Below, one piece after another: positions 28,881-43,913 of a stretch of DNA of 64,000 nt. Under the pieces are notes generated by a model. It was not told the DNA's origin. It saw nothing but the letters and a program-made list of their open reading frames with translations, and ran no database searches. Each line of letters opens with the position of its first letter. Position 1 is the stretch's first letter. The translations under genes and the position numbers were made by a program. The stretch comes from Eledone cirrhosa (lineage: Eukaryota), in contig OZ024740.1 in the NCBI GenBank assembly GCA_964016885.1, positions 115,072,001 through 115,136,000 of the forward strand, written 5' to 3'.

Positions 28881-30961
28881 ATGTTTAACCCCGACGGCAG
28901 AGCTCAAGCCGCTTCGACGGCCATTTCTGGACCTCAGAAATAACCGTGGATACGGCTTGAACTCTACCGTTGGGGTTAAACATTTTCCTATTACCCATTC
29001 TACTATCCTAAGTATTGAGTACTCTTGTGCGTTATGGTCCATCTGGTTCCTTACCACACTTCCTTCGTATATATATATATATACATACATACACATACAC
29101 TGTTAGATTTTGTCAACGAATGGAGAAGAGGATATTTACTACATAATACAGAATGTATACATGTATACATATATGTTCTTTATCAAAATGGAGAGTTTTG
29201 GGAATGGCCAATGGTTTCATTGCTAAGTAGATGAAAAATATGAGTTTAATGTTTCAACAGAGTCGAAAAAACAGTAAAAGATTGGTTGATCTGGCTGTCG
29301 GTAGAGAAATGAAAGAAGCTTTTAGACTTTTACTTGACACAGCAATGAAATTAATCAACTGTTCAATTAATGATCCTAAAATTACTGACGTATTTATTGC
29401 TGCTAATTTTCTAATGTAGTCTTAAGTCCAGTCAGAAATCTAGAGTACGTAACAGATTCAAAAGTATAATTCTTGAGATAGTGGATGCTCGGTATATTTT
29501 GTCACAGCTAGAATACCTTTGTTCCTAACTATTGTTCGATCATGTTTGATGTAGGGTTAAACAACTATTACGATACAATATTTTCAAACACAATTTCTTT
29601 AGTGTTTCTATTATTATGGTACGCGGAGTATCTTTAAATATAATCCATATCGTCATTGTTCATTCACTGTCATCTCAGTTTATAAGTATGTGTATTTATG
29701 TCTTTGTGTCTGTGTCCGTATCTATCTATGTGAGTCACTGAGAGGATGTGTGTATGACTGGATGTGCATGTGTTTCAATGTGTGTCTGTCTGTCTTTGTG
29801 TTTGTATAGGTGTGACTGTGCCGGTCTATATGTATGTAAGTGTTTATGTCTTTATGTGTGCTTCTGCGGTCATGATTGTAATTTTATGTATGTGTTTATG
29901 TCTCTTTGTGGATGCTTGCTTACTCACTTCTATGTCACCATATTATTTGTAGCTTTTATCACATTTTCAACCTTCACTTTCAGACCATTAAGAAAAATTT
30001 ATTATATTCCATAACACTTAAGAAGTGTCTTGCTCAAATTTTCTGTAAGTTTCTGTAAAACAACAAAACATAAAAAGTTTAGAGGGGTAATCAATATTTG
30101 ACAGGATTATTATATCACTGTTCCTCGTTTTCTTTGTCCTTTCATAACATTGAAACGTTATATTTTAACTGATTATATCTTCAGTAAATGAAATGTTTGC
30201 CTACAAATGTGTTTTGTCTGTTTTTACACTGGGATTTGGCAGATTCGTTAACGCGCCTGATTCTGACTTATTTAATCCAGCTCTCTGTGTATTTGAGTTC
30301 AAATCAGGTTGATGTCAACCCTGCCTTTCATCAATTAGGTGTCGATAAATGAAATACCATCTACGATGGTGAATTGAGAACATCGTAATAGGTTCGGATA
30401 GAATTCCATGCAGTATTTGTTTTGGTCATATTTATTCTGAAACCAACGTGTAAACGCATTTTCTACTATTCCTTTTATAGAGAGAAAAACATTATCAGCC
30501 TACAGTTAGACCTCGATAGCATCAATATTTATGTCGATCATGCTTTCTTTATATGAATCCATTTGTTTAAACACATTTTATATCATTTAATGTCTTATTG
30601 AAATTAAGGTGTCGAATAGTGCACGTGAAATATAAAAATTGAATCCGGAGAATCTTTATAGGGACTGCCCAACAAAATAAGTTTAGAAATTCCTGTATAA
30701 AATAATTAAAGAAAAATGAAAAGAATTATTAGTTAAACGCGACTAAACGTTTAAAAGGAACGGTAGTTAACGAAAGAGAAAACTTTTCATTCATACGATA
30801 TGTTTGACATAAACCTTTCAGAATATAATGCCACGCAATCCAAATATTTCAAAAACGGATATCTAAATACGCCATTGGTAGTATCTTGTTTTTAATTGAT
30901 ATATTTTATGTCTGTATTTCAATCTTATTATCAGTGACCATTTATTTTATTTTATTATATA

Positions 30962-31874
30962 CTAGCAGCAGTACCCAGCGTTGCCTGGGTAGGTAAAATA
31001 ATATCTGCTTTGATGAAAAGGTGTTGATCTTAGCGACTGCTTCTCGATGACTCATCTATGGCTACACACAGGCCATGCGGGGGAGGGTGGTTATGACCTC
31101 TATCACTGAGAAACGCTAATGATGGGTCGCCGTCCCTGAACAAAAAAATGCAAAGTGTAAAGCTACTATAAGATGTGCAATGATAGGTTCTATCGTAATA
31201 TAACAGTTGAACGAAATAAATTAATTTATGTGTGAGGTGGAGCCGAAGTTTCGAATTTGAACGAAATCGGTTGAAAAATGTGGGAGCTAGAGCCGAAAAG
31301 GCGGAAATTTGAGCGAAAGGTGGTATTTTCGAATATTTAAGCGGCTGCCACGCCGTTCCTGAACAAAAGATCCAAACTGTAAAGCCACTTTAAGACGTAG
31401 AATAATCATATCTAGCGTAGTGTAACATTTGAACAAAGTAGGTTGATTAATGTGGGAGCTAGAGCCGAATAAGTGGAAATTTGAGTCTAAAAGTGGTATT
31501 TTTGAATCTTTAAGCGGCTGCCATGCCGATTCTGAACAACAAATGCAACATATAAAGCCATTACAGGATGTGCAATGATAAATTCTATTTGCTTTACAAT
31601 TTGAACGAAATCTGTGGCAAAATGTGGGAGCTAGAGCCAAAAATCTTATTTTTCGATACCTAAAAAAAGGTGACCCCCCTCCCCATATCGATTTTTATCT
31701 GCAGAATGACCCCGGAATAAAAGGACGATACGGTGATATATAGAAAACACTCCCCGATGACTAATCTATGAGCCTGTAAAATTTCATGAAAATCGGTCGT
31801 AAGATGTAGGCCCCTATAGGTAATACACCGACACACAGACACACACACACATACTTAATGTTATATATATGCAG
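30962..31874 (-). mobile_element. Non-autonomous Helitron-like element
   Basis: The minus-strand 3' end is ACCCAGGCAACGCTGGGTACTGCTGCTAG; the 5' end is TCTGCATATATATAAC; internal GTGGGAGCTAGAGCC repeats. Confidence 0.78.
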
Positions 31875-32840
31875 ATATATTTATTTATGTTTTTATTATT
31901 TATTAATTTATTTTGCTTACTGTTTTGAACTTCTGGTGATTGAAAGTTTAAAATTTCAATTCATCTTTGTTGAGATCATTCCTGCAAAAACCTGACTATC
32001 CCAAGAGCTTTAGTTCAATGAAATACTATTTTACTTTGAACCCGTTAAATTATTAACGTTGATAGAAGCGACTAGAGCTTTCCTATACTCAATTTCCTCT
32101 TTCAGTTTTTTCTGCCTCTCGTGATCTTAATGATATACAGATATTCCAAACGTATCATGCCTAGAATAGTATTAAATGTTTTACATTGATTACATACAAC
32201 TGCAATCACGTATTACAAGTACAATAAAGACGCAGTGGTACTGTGCGATACTTTTCAACCAATAGTGATTAAGCTTTCCAATTTTCATGTACCGAGTTCT
32301 AAACACATTATCTTAGTATAGTATGTAAATCATATACAGTATTGAATATTTATAAAAACCAAGATGTTATAAAGAGAAGAAAATGTATAGGAATAGCTAA
32401 AACAAGAAAACAAAATAAAAACAAAACAAACAGAAAACAGCCTAATATAATGAGAAAAAGATCTTTCATTAGCTATAGACTAGATATGAAGGTTAATTCG
32501 ACAGGATAGGATCCTTTCATCCAATTATGTCAGTAGCCTTCAAAATACTAAGGAATGGTGTAGTGATACGACGTGTAGAAAACAAGACCGTTATAGAGAA
32601 TACTTGGGTCTTCATATAAACGCAGAAAGATTATTATATGAAGAACATGGGACAATATTAGGGACTATTGGATGGTTTAGATTCTTCCTAAAGTAAAATA
32701 GTTCTTTACCTGGTAAACACGTTTGCTTGGTTTTATCAATATGCAAACAAATTACAGGGGTGAGGACAACAGGATGGAAAATGGGTAGGAATGTCCAAAT
32801 AAAAAAAATGGAAACCAATATAAACACAGAAAACATTTCA

Positions 32841-32879
<39 letters not shown>

Positions 32880-33149
32880 CAACAAACAAAGTGTGGTAAA
32901 GAACCAGGTGGACCATAACGCACCAGAGTACTCGATACTTAGAGTAGTACAGTGGGTAATAGGAAAAGAATAGTTCGGATCTAACTGTCGAAACTGCCGG
33001 AGCTCAGCCGTCGGGTCCTGACTCTTTTCCTATATATATACATATATATATTTATATACATAGGTAAATTCATCATAATTATACACATGACATCTCAATG
33101 AAGAGATCGCCAAAACACTTTCATTCAGAGAATCAAATAGCTATAGAAC

Positions 33150-33885
33150 ATCTTATGCAAAATCACTGAGGGGTAGATCTCAATAAAGTAATCCAAAAAT
33201 AACACTTCACAAGTATCTTTTCCTTGGGGTATACTAGTGTTAGTATAACTTAAAGCTAGTTAGTATAACTTAAAGCTAAGTCTACATTGACTGCTATTTC
33301 TAGTGCCAATTTAAACTCGTCACTTTGTCGGTATATACAAATATTTACCTTGTTAGTAGATCTACACATGTGTGTAATATGTCTTTTCTTGCACCATGAT
33401 CGATCAGTGAGAATGAGCTACGTTCACTTAACAGGTTTATATATTCTTTCTTATACCTTAAAGTGACCCTCTGTTGAACGGTTATTCTGTCAACAATATC
33501 TGTCTCAATCTATTGGGATGGCCAATGTTGTTCTTCATCTTGGAACCTACAGTAATGGAACTTAGTGAAGCCTTCTAGCTTTACATTGCTTAACTAAAAC
33601 TATATCCCTATAGAAAGATGATTGTAAAGTGTTCTTTTTAGATTACTTTACTGGGATCTACCCCTAGTGATTTTGTATAAGATCGATCATGGAATACCAC
33701 AAGCGTACGTGTTACGTAAGTTGGATAGATGATTCGGATTCATAGAAACATATTGGACGTATTGCAGAATATCGTCCGATTTTTCCAGGTCTGTTTTTTA
33801 ACCTGATTAGTTCTTTCATTACTTTGGTATTGTGTGATTGGGTCCGGCCTACCGCAATTTTCAATGTCAAGCTATTTAAACGTAT
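33150..33885. mobile_element. Older foldback pLTR-like element (part homologous to 10015-10210)
   Basis: 33150-33222 is inverted against 33612-33685; 33683-33885 resembles 10017-10210. Confidence 0.6.
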
Positions 33886-34217
33886 ATTGAAGCCAGAGAG
33901 AGAAATGTGGTCAATTTAAGAACAAAAGAAACCTTGCTTATCAGTAGACTCAACTCAGAAATCAATAACAGAATGGAACTCAGCACACAATACTTGACAT
34001 AGAAAGACACACTCACACACGCACACACCCAACCTAAACACAACAGTTTACACAAGAAACTTGATTCCATAACATATGGAAATTGATGTCATCTTATTTC
34101 TTTTCTTGAATACTACAACAAACATCAAACAACGCTTGAAAGCGGTTTATAAATTTTAAATTTAAATCTAAATTCAAAGCGAATAGAATGGAATGTGTTT
34201 TCTATAAGAGTTACTTA

Positions 34218-34257
34218 TTCTCTGACGAAGGGAATTTTAAGCCCCGAAATATTAGGA
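34218..34257 (+). ncRNA. Minimal hammerhead in a pLTR fragment
   Basis: TTCT-CTGACGA-AGGG...CCCC-GAAA-TA-TT-AGGA. Confidence 0.65.
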
Positions 34258-34646
34258 CGAAAGAAACACCCCCACCTCCAAAGAAAGATTACCAGGTAAC
34301 TAACTTTTTCATTGTCTTCTTACCGCCCATTTTGCATTGTTTAGCCTTATTATATATATTATTTTCCACATTATATATTATATAAAATGCTTCAGAGCAA
34401 ACAATAGAATTTTATTTTGTACATATACATATATATAGAATGGAAAACGAAAAATCAGTGATGCATCAGAACTCAATTTATTGTGTGTTACACTTGTTTC
34501 CCCGGCGAACAGCTCAAGGTGCGATCCATGTGTGGATCTACCTGACTCTAGTCGCGCAGGTTCCTCGGACACGTCTATTGATTTCGGATCATATCCTCTT
34601 TCTCAACCGACATACCGCCCATGGAAGCATCTTAGCTACCATTAGA

Positions 34647-34679
<33 letters not shown>

Positions 34680-34683
<4 letters not shown>

Positions 34684-37265
34684 GAAAAATTTGAACAGGG
34701 ACAAAACAGAGAGGCAGTACGATAAATGTTTATTAATTTCACGCTCAGGAGAGTGGGGGGTAAGTGGGGGACGACGTTTCGGGCATAAGCCCTTCCTCAG
34801 GTGAGAAGTGTGTGGGAACAGAGTTCAAAAGGTGTGTAGGGGAGGGGTGGAGAGACATATAGCGAAAGGAAACGGTGCGATTGAAAAAAAACAAATAAAG
34901 ATAAAAAATAAAAATAAAGCATGATCAAAATACAAGGAATGAGAAAATTTAAAAATAAAGGCATGATCAAAATAAACTGAAATTAAAAGGGGGGTAAACA
35001 GGTGGTGGAAGGGTGGGGGTGAGTAGGGGTGGTGGTGGGTGGAGTGGGGAGAGGGAGACGGGGTGTGCGAGCGGGGAGGGCTGAAGGTGGTGTGTGTGTG
35101 TAGGTGTGCGTGTGTGTGTATGTGTGTGTGTGTGTGTATGTGAAAGTAAGGGTTGGGGGAAAACGGGGTGGCATGTTCAGGAAGGGGTGTGTGTGGGGTG
35201 TTTTTGTGGGTCGGAGTGTCTGTGCGTGTGTGGATAGGGTGTGGGGGGAGAGGAATCAGGAGGCTGAGGGTGTAAATATGTGGTGGGAAGTACGTGTGTG
35301 TGGGGTTTAAGCGTGTTGTGGGTGTGGGTGGCGTGTGGAGAAAAAAATGTTTTTGGGGTGTGTGTGCGGGTGAGTTATATAGGTGATTACGCAAGAGGAT
35401 GGTTGAAAAGTTGGTAAGTTCCGAGGATGTTAGTAGATTGTTTGTAAGTCAAATTCTGCGTGTGGGTAATCCATGAAGTGGTGGTCGGAAGAGGAGAGAT
35501 GTGGGTGCGCGCGCAACAGGAAGTGGTCAGCAGTGGGAGTGCTGTGGTCTGTTGGTGCTGCGAGGTGGCCAGAGGGCACAGCAGCAGTCAGTGGAATGGT
35601 AGGGGGCGAGGATGGGTAGGTGTGAAAGTTGGAGTGAGGAGGGTGTGTGTGTGTGTGTGTATTAGTAGAGGTGTTAGTGGGATGAGTGAGTGTGGAGCGA
35701 GGGTGTGGGTGAAGGGGGGATAGAAGGGTGTGTGTGGTTCTATGGAGGGAGTGTGGTGTACTGGTGTGTGTGTAGTTTGATGAAGAGGTGTTAGTGGGTG
35801 TTAGTATACGGGAGGTGGGGAGGGGTTGAATGCAGGTGTGAGTGGGGGTCACGAGGGTGTGTGGGTACGTGTGCGTGGGGTTGGGGGGTGTTAGTGATGT
35901 TAGTTGCCTGTGGGTGGGTGGTGTAAGTGGGTGCGTGTGTTCGTGTGCTTGGGGTTAGGGGGTGTTAGTGAGGTTAGTTGCGGGGTGGTGGGATGGTGGT
36001 GTGGAGTGAGAGGTGTGGGGGTGAGGGTTAGTGGTGGTAGTAGTGTGTGTGTTTAGTGTGAGCGCGTGTATATATGTGCGGTGGGTGTGTGCGTGTGATA
36101 AGGAGGGGGGAGGAGGAGAAGAAGGGAGGGAGGGGATGTTAGTATGTTAGTTGGGGAAGGGTGGTCAGATGAGGGGTGGAGGTGTTAGTATTGTTAGTGT
36201 GGGGTGGGCGGTGAAAAGGAGGGGTGTGTTAGTGGGGGATAAGTGTGGGGAGAGGGGGGCGGTCGAACGCTAAAGGAATAAGGGTGGGGAGTTCAGGCCG
36301 GGGGGAGTGTGGGTCTGTAAGATGAAGATAGTTCGTTGTTCGACCGTAAGGAGATGGGCGGGTGTTCCGTGGCACTGGAGTAGGCCACAGACGGTGAGAT
36401 GGCGTGCGGAGTGTCCAGGGCCACCAAAGTGGCGGGCAATGGGGGAACTGCCCCCGAGACGAATATCCCGGAGGTGCTCCGTGACTCGGTCCGCCAGGCG
36501 ACGTCCCGTCTGTCCGACATAAGTCGAAATCCGTAGACTAGTTCGGAGGAGGTGCAGCGGAAGGCATGCCGGACCGAGAGAGAGTGGCCGTTGGGACCCT
36601 GGAAGGTGGTGGTGTTGGTGATGTGGGGACAGGTGTTGCAGCGGAGCCTAGAACAGGGAAAGGAACCGGGGGGGGGAACAGAGCGTGGGTTGGGGTGTAG
36701 GGAGCTGTGGACGAGGAGGATGCGGAGATTGCGTGCGCGTTTGAAGGAGGGGGGGAGATGTGGGAGGTGGAGGGGTCGGACTGGAGGCGTCGGAAGAGGC
36801 GGCGGATGGTTCGGTGGAGGGGTAAGGTGGAGGGGTGGTAGGTGATGGGGAAGGGGAGACGTATGGTGGGTGTGCGGTGGTGGGGTGAGGGTGGTGGAGC
36901 GGGGGACAGCACGGGCGCGGGTGAGAGCGGTGTAGACGAGAGAGGGGGGGGGGGGGGGGGGGTAACCTCTGCGGATAAAATGGCTGACTAGAGAAAGGGC
37001 CTGGGACTCGAAGTCAGCATCACGGCTACAGAGGCGGCGGATCCTGAGAAGTTGGGAGTAGGGAATGGAGTGTTTAGTGTGGGTGGGGTGGGAAGAGGTG
37101 AAGTCGAGGTAAGAGTGGGAGTCGGTGGGTTTGAAGAAGGCGGAGGTGACGAGGGAGTGGTGGGAGGGGTCGAAGGCGACGGAGATGTCTAAGAAGTGGA
37201 CGTGGGTGGTGGAGATAGAGGTGGTGAAGTGGATGGAGGGTTGGAAGGAGCAGAAGAAGGAGAGA
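34680..37265 (-). mobile_element. Neptune-like Penelope element, 5'-truncated
   Basis: RT C-terminus HFLDISV...KPTDSHSYLDFTSSHP...SIPYSQLLRIRRLCS, linker FPCSRLRCNTCP, GIY-YIG YVGQTGRRLADRVTEH...EQRTIFILQTHTPPGLN (36521-36270), C/A-rich 3' region, hammerhead 34771-34802. Confidence 0.92.
34771..34802 (-). ncRNA. Minimal hammerhead (identical core at 39874-39905 +)
   Basis: AC-CTGAGGA-AGGGCTTATGCCC-GAAA-CG-TC-GT. Confidence 0.8.
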
Positions 37266-37267
37266 AA

Positions 37268-37573
37268 ATATATATATAAAACTGAGGATGTCTGTCTCTG
37301 TATGTGTGAGTTCGAATCCCTAAAACTAGAGAACCACCAAACCGATTGTTTTCAAACTTTACACATGTAATACTTCTGTTTCAGCGAGTGTTCTGAGCAA
37401 AATAAATTTCAAATTTTCAATGCGCTAGGGACCGCATTAAGCGAATTAGCGATCTCGCTCTATAATTCTTAGTCTTTCTCTTTTTAGATAGATACATACA
37501 TATAACGTGGCGCCCTTATAATATCTGTCTGTATGTCTGGCTGTCTGCATTACGTCACTTCCCTGAGGATGTC

Positions 37574-37645
<72 letters not shown>

Positions 37646-38239
37646 TGAGTTTGAATCCCTAAAATTCGAGAAGTACCCAACCGATTTTTTTCAAACTTTA
37701 CATGTGTGTTACTTATGTTTCAGGGAGTTTTATGCACATAAAAAAATTCAACTTTCTTTTTATCTCCTAGGGCCCGCCTGGGGGGAAAAACTGCTTTTTT
37801 AAAGATTTGGGGGGGTTTCTTGAGGCGTTACGTCAGACCGATTTCCTTGAAATTGTAACTATGTATTAGCCAGTCTCTTCTTCATACCGTAAGCAAAGAA
37901 AATCCAACTCTCTTATGTCCTAGGGCCTGCATTAGGTGAAAAACTTCATTTGTTCAGCTTTTTAGGGCTTTTTGGAGGCGTTACGTCTAGCCGAGTTTAC
38001 ATAAATTTCAAGGCACATAAAAAATAATCATTTTCTTGATGCCCTAGGGCTCGCATTAGGTGAAAACATGTATTTTTCCTCCTTCATCGAGGAAAATCTT
38101 AAAGATTATCCAGCCATCAGAGTATTCGGTTTATTTTCTTTACATATTGTCCAGGCATGCAGTTTTTCCACGATTAGGTCTGTTGGTGTCCCGCGTTCCA
38201 AAATACCTTATCCCGTGCAACGCCGGGTACCACTGGTAG
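37268..38239 (+). mobile_element. Non-autonomous Helitron-like element
   Basis: 5' TATATATAAAACTGAGGATGTCTGTC; 3' CCCGTGCAACGCCGGGTACCACTGGTAG; homologous to 46921-47494. Confidence 0.8.
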
Positions 38240-38242
38240 TAT

Positions 38243-39993
38243 ATCGCACGCCATCTCACAGTCTGTGGCATACTCCAATGCCACGGAACCTCCGCCAATC
38301 GCCTTAGAGTCGAACAAAGAACTATCTTCATCTTACAGACCCACACTCCCCCGACCTGAACTCCCTACCCTTATTCCTTTAGCCTTCGACCGCCCCCCTC
38401 TCCCCACACTTATCCCCCACTAACACCACTAACACACCCCTCCTTTTCACCGCCCACTCCACAACTAACAATACTAACACCTCCACTCCACCCCTCATCC
38501 GACCACTCTTCCTCAACTAACATACTAACATCCCTCCTTTCTTCTCCTCCTCCCCCCTCCTTATCCCACGCACACACCCACCGGCACATATATACACGCG
38601 CTCACACTAAACAGACACCTTACTACCACCACTAACCCTCACCCCCAATACTCCATCACACCACCCCGCAACTAACCCCACTAACACCCCCTGACCCCAA
38701 GCACACGAACACACGCACCCACTTACACCACCCATCCCACACGCAACTAACATCACTAACACCCCCCAACCCCACGCACACGTACCCACACACCCTCGTA
38801 CACCACCAACTCTACACACCCTACCACCACTAACCCCCACTCACACCTGCATTCAACCCTTCCCCACCTCCCGTACTAACACCCACTAACACCCCTTCAT
38901 CAAACTACACACACACCAGTACACCACACTCCCTCCTTAGAACTACACACACCCTTCTCTCCCCCCTCCACCCACACCCTCGCTCCACACTCACTCATCC
39001 CACTAACACCTCTACTAATACACACACACACCCTCCTCACTCCAACTTTCACACCTACCCATCCTCGCCCCTTTACCATTCTACCGACTGCTGCTATGCC
39101 CTCTGACCACCTCCCAGCACAAACAGACACACAGCACTCCCACTGCTTGACCACTTCCTGTTGCGCGCGCACCCCACATCTCTCCTCTTCCGACCATCTC
39201 TTCATGGAATACTCGTATGTGGAACTTGACCACCACGGAATCTACTAAACATCATAGGAATTTACCAACTTTTCAACCATCCTCTTACGGAATCACCTAT
39301 ATAACTCACCCATACACACACCCCAAAAAAATGTTTTTCTCCACATGCCACCTACACCCACAACACGCTTAAACCCCACACACACGTGCTTTCCACCACA
39401 TACTTACACCCTCAGCCTCCTGATTCCTCTCCCCCCACCCCTCTATCCACACACGCACAGACACTCCCATCTACAACCCCCCACCCCACCCCACACACAC
39501 ACACCTCTTCCAGAACATGCAACCCCGTTTTTCCCCAACCCTTACTTTCACATACACACACACACACACACACGTACACCTACACACACACACCACCTTC
39601 AGCCCGCCCCGCTCGGACACCCCGTCTCCCTCTCCCCACTCCACCCGCCACCACCCCTACACACCCCACACCCTTCCACCACCTGTTTTACCCCTTTTTA
39701 ATTTCAGTTTATTTTGATCATGCTTTTATATTTAATTTTATTTCATTCCTTGTATTTTGATCATGCTTTATTTTTATTTTTATTTTTAATTTCATTCGCA
39801 CCGTTTCCTTTCGCTATGTGTCTCTCCACCACTCCCCTACACACCCTTTGAACTCTGTTCCCACACACTTCTCACCTGAGGAAGGGCTTATGCCCGAAAC
39901 GTCGTTCCCCACCACCACCCCGCTCTCCAGAGCGTGAAATTAATAAACATTCGTTGTACTGCCTCTCTGTTTTGTTCCTGTTCAAATTTTTCC

Positions 39994-39995
<2 letters not shown>
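38243..39995 (+). mobile_element. Inverted copy of the 3' part of the Neptune-like PLE
   Basis: Reverse complement of ~34680-36410 (EN end, 3' region, pLTR with hammerhead). Confidence 0.9.
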
Positions 39996-40308
<313 letters not shown>

Positions 40309-40505
40309 GTATATATATATATATACGTATATATATATAGGAAAAGCGTCAGGACCCCGACGGCTGATCTCCGACCGTTTCGACATCTAGATCCGAACTA
40401 ACCCAGGGTCCTGACCCTTTTCCTATTACCCACTCTACTACCCTAAGTATCGAGTACTCTATTGCATTATGGTCCACCTGGTTTCTTACCACACTTTTTT
40501 GTTAG

Positions 40506-40542
<37 letters not shown>

Positions 40543-41098
40543 TTTGAGTTCTTAAACACGTTGGATTGATTATGTTTTCAAAAAAACTAATTAACTCGCG
40601 TGTATATTATTATTTTTTTCCTCATTTCGTGGGTTGTCTCCCCTTCCCGCTTCATGTCGCTATGATAGTTCCTCAGTCAAAAACTGCTGGAATTTCAAAT
40701 TTACCGGTCATTCGAGGTGAGAGAGACTAACTTTACGGACATGATTTTTGACAGCGGTAAGAAATTGTTTTCTTATATCAATGTTTAATGGGCTTCCACT
40801 GACGATTTATAAGTGCCCACCTAAATATATTCTCACATGAATATATATTAGGCTTCTACATTAACTGGAAACATTCTCCCAAACTTGTAGAAAACTTATA
40901 ATGAAACAATTGTTTGGAAAGAGAGATATACTTTAACTTTAATTATATCTCATAAAATAATACAACTGGTTTTTCCACATTATACATATTGTTAGCACCC
41001 CAAACACTTAAATTGGGTTTATATTTTAATATAACCTAATGTTTGTTGAGTGAGATGGTTACCAGTCAGAGTTTAGCTTTAAACTATCTCGGTTATTG

Positions 41099-41172
<74 letters not shown>

Positions 41173-41194
41173 AGAAAGTGAGGTTTTTTTTATA

Positions 41195-41465
41195 AAAGGA
41201 AAAATAACCGAGGTATCCTACACGAGTGAAAGTATAAGGAGCAAAGATGAGATCGAAAATGCAACTGGAGTCATATTTTTAAAAAATATATATTTATTTG
41301 GTTTGTGGTTTTTCTCACATCTACAGATGTGAGGAAAACTACAAACCCTCCATCTCAATTCTACTTTTGAAAAGCAGAAGAACTGCGAACCGGTAAAGGA
41401 ACCAAATAAATATATATTTAGAAAAAAAAAAGATTCCAGTTGCATTTTCGATTTCCTCTTTTTTC

Positions 41466-41470
<5 letters not shown>
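41195..41470. repeat. Foldback element in (TA)n
   Basis: ATCGAAAATGCAACTGGA...AAATATATATTTATTTGGTT is inverted at 41400-41452. Confidence 0.7.
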
Positions 41471-41522
<52 letters not shown>

Positions 41523-41699
41523 ATATACATGTATGTATATATTCATAGCATCGATACCGTCGTTTAGACAGTGCATCCGCATGTAATTTAATACGAAATC
41601 TCAAAGATTTATTTTCTAGTTTGGCGCCTGACAAGTGAAGAAGATGATTGTCGTCTGCCGTATTCGTTGATCTCTCGTTTTTTCCGTGGAATAAAATGG

Positions 41700-42187
<488 letters not shown>

Positions 42188-42635
42188 GCAATCACTGCAG
42201 CAATACTAACCTTTTGACAGGTGCAGTGAAATTTCTACTCATTCAATATAGCTGCTGATTTTCTTCTTTTTGCTCCACTTAATAATATTGTTGAATATGG
42301 TTAGTACTGGTAATGGTGGTAGTGGTAGTGGGCATGGTGGTCATAGTTGTGAGACTGGTGGAGGTAATGGTGGTGGTGTCGATTATAATACTTCAGATGG
42401 ATATATTAATAATGATGCTAGTTTTATCGCATTGTATCTCTGATGTCACATCACAACCGGAAATTAAATATCTTTGCATGCAGCTTGATAGGATGCAACC
42501 TTATATATACACACATAAACATATACACACACACAAACATACATGAATTTATCTGTATGTATGTGTGTGTGCAGTTATAGATAAATACACCCGTATACAT
42601 ACAATATGTGTATATATAGATATATATTTAGACAC

Positions 42636-42702
<67 letters not shown>

Positions 42703-42998
42703 AAGAGGGAGAGAGAGAGAAAGAGAGAGAGAGAGAGAAAGAGAGAGAGAGGAGGGATATGGTGTGCGTAAGTGAGGACGACATGACGGACCGATTTATC
42801 TTTAATTGACCGCATCACGACACCTAATGTCAGTTACGTTACCTTTACATCTTCTTACCTGGCAATATCATATAAGTATGAACATTGGAGGAGAAATATA
42901 TATATAATTATATATATATTTTTACTTATATATTTTTACATATATATATACATATACACATATATATAATTATTTATATATTTATCTTAATATATATA

Positions 42999-43052
<54 letters not shown>

Positions 43053-43513
43053 ACATAACTACTGTAAACTTTCTAGACGTTACACTTCATCTAAAAACAT
43101 GCATACAAAGGAGTAATCGGATTTAAGGGGAAAATTAGCGGCTACTAGCTTTATTTACAATTTTTAAAGTAATGTCATTACAAAACGCATACTAACTAAT
43201 TTGGACAGATGCGCCTGCAAGAACAGAATTATACAGAGGTTAGACATAGCCTGCAAAGTAGAGGCCATAGTTTATGAGGTGACAGTCAGTTAACTACCCG
43301 TTACTGCATCACCAACATAGAGTGATATGTTCGACCTAAAGTAAAAGAGATACAATAAACATACAATGTCGTCCCTGTTAAATCAATTTCAAGAAAACTC
43401 TCTTTTATGTCTGAATATAGGAAGAAAGATCCGTAGAATACAATAAATAGGGAATCGTGGAAATGAGCAAACCGTATATTAATGAATCTAGTAGAGGCTG
43501 CAAAAATACAAGA

Positions 43514-43913
43514 AATAATTGTTTCTACTTTTGGCACAAGGCCAGCAATTATCCCGGTGTATTACTGGTACTTTATTTATCGACCCCGTAAGGATGAAAG
43601 ACAAATTAACCTCGGCGAGATTTGAACTCAGACCATAAAGGGCCGTAACTCTTTGCTGCAAAGCATGGCGTCCAACCTTCTACCGATACTGCCAAATTCA
43701 CCGCCCTTAAAATACAAGAAATAATTGTTTCTACTTTTGGCACAAGGCCAGCAAATTACCCAGTGTATTACTGGTACTTTATTTTATCGACCCTGTAAGG
43801 ATGAAAGGGAAAGTTAACCTCGGCGGGATTTGAACTCAGAATGGCAAGGGCTGTAACTCTATGCGTCAAAGCATGGCCTCCGACCCTCTACCGATACTGC
43901 CAATCCACCGCCA
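43514..43913 (-). mobile_element. Two tandem SINE S1 copies (43514-43706, 43721-43913)
   Basis: Both are full length; AAAATACAAGAAATAATT appears three times, flanking and between them. Confidence 0.9.

Noticed and set aside
29100-29420. Short ORFs in unique sequence
   Set aside because: They are short, stop-interrupted and of no recognisable family.
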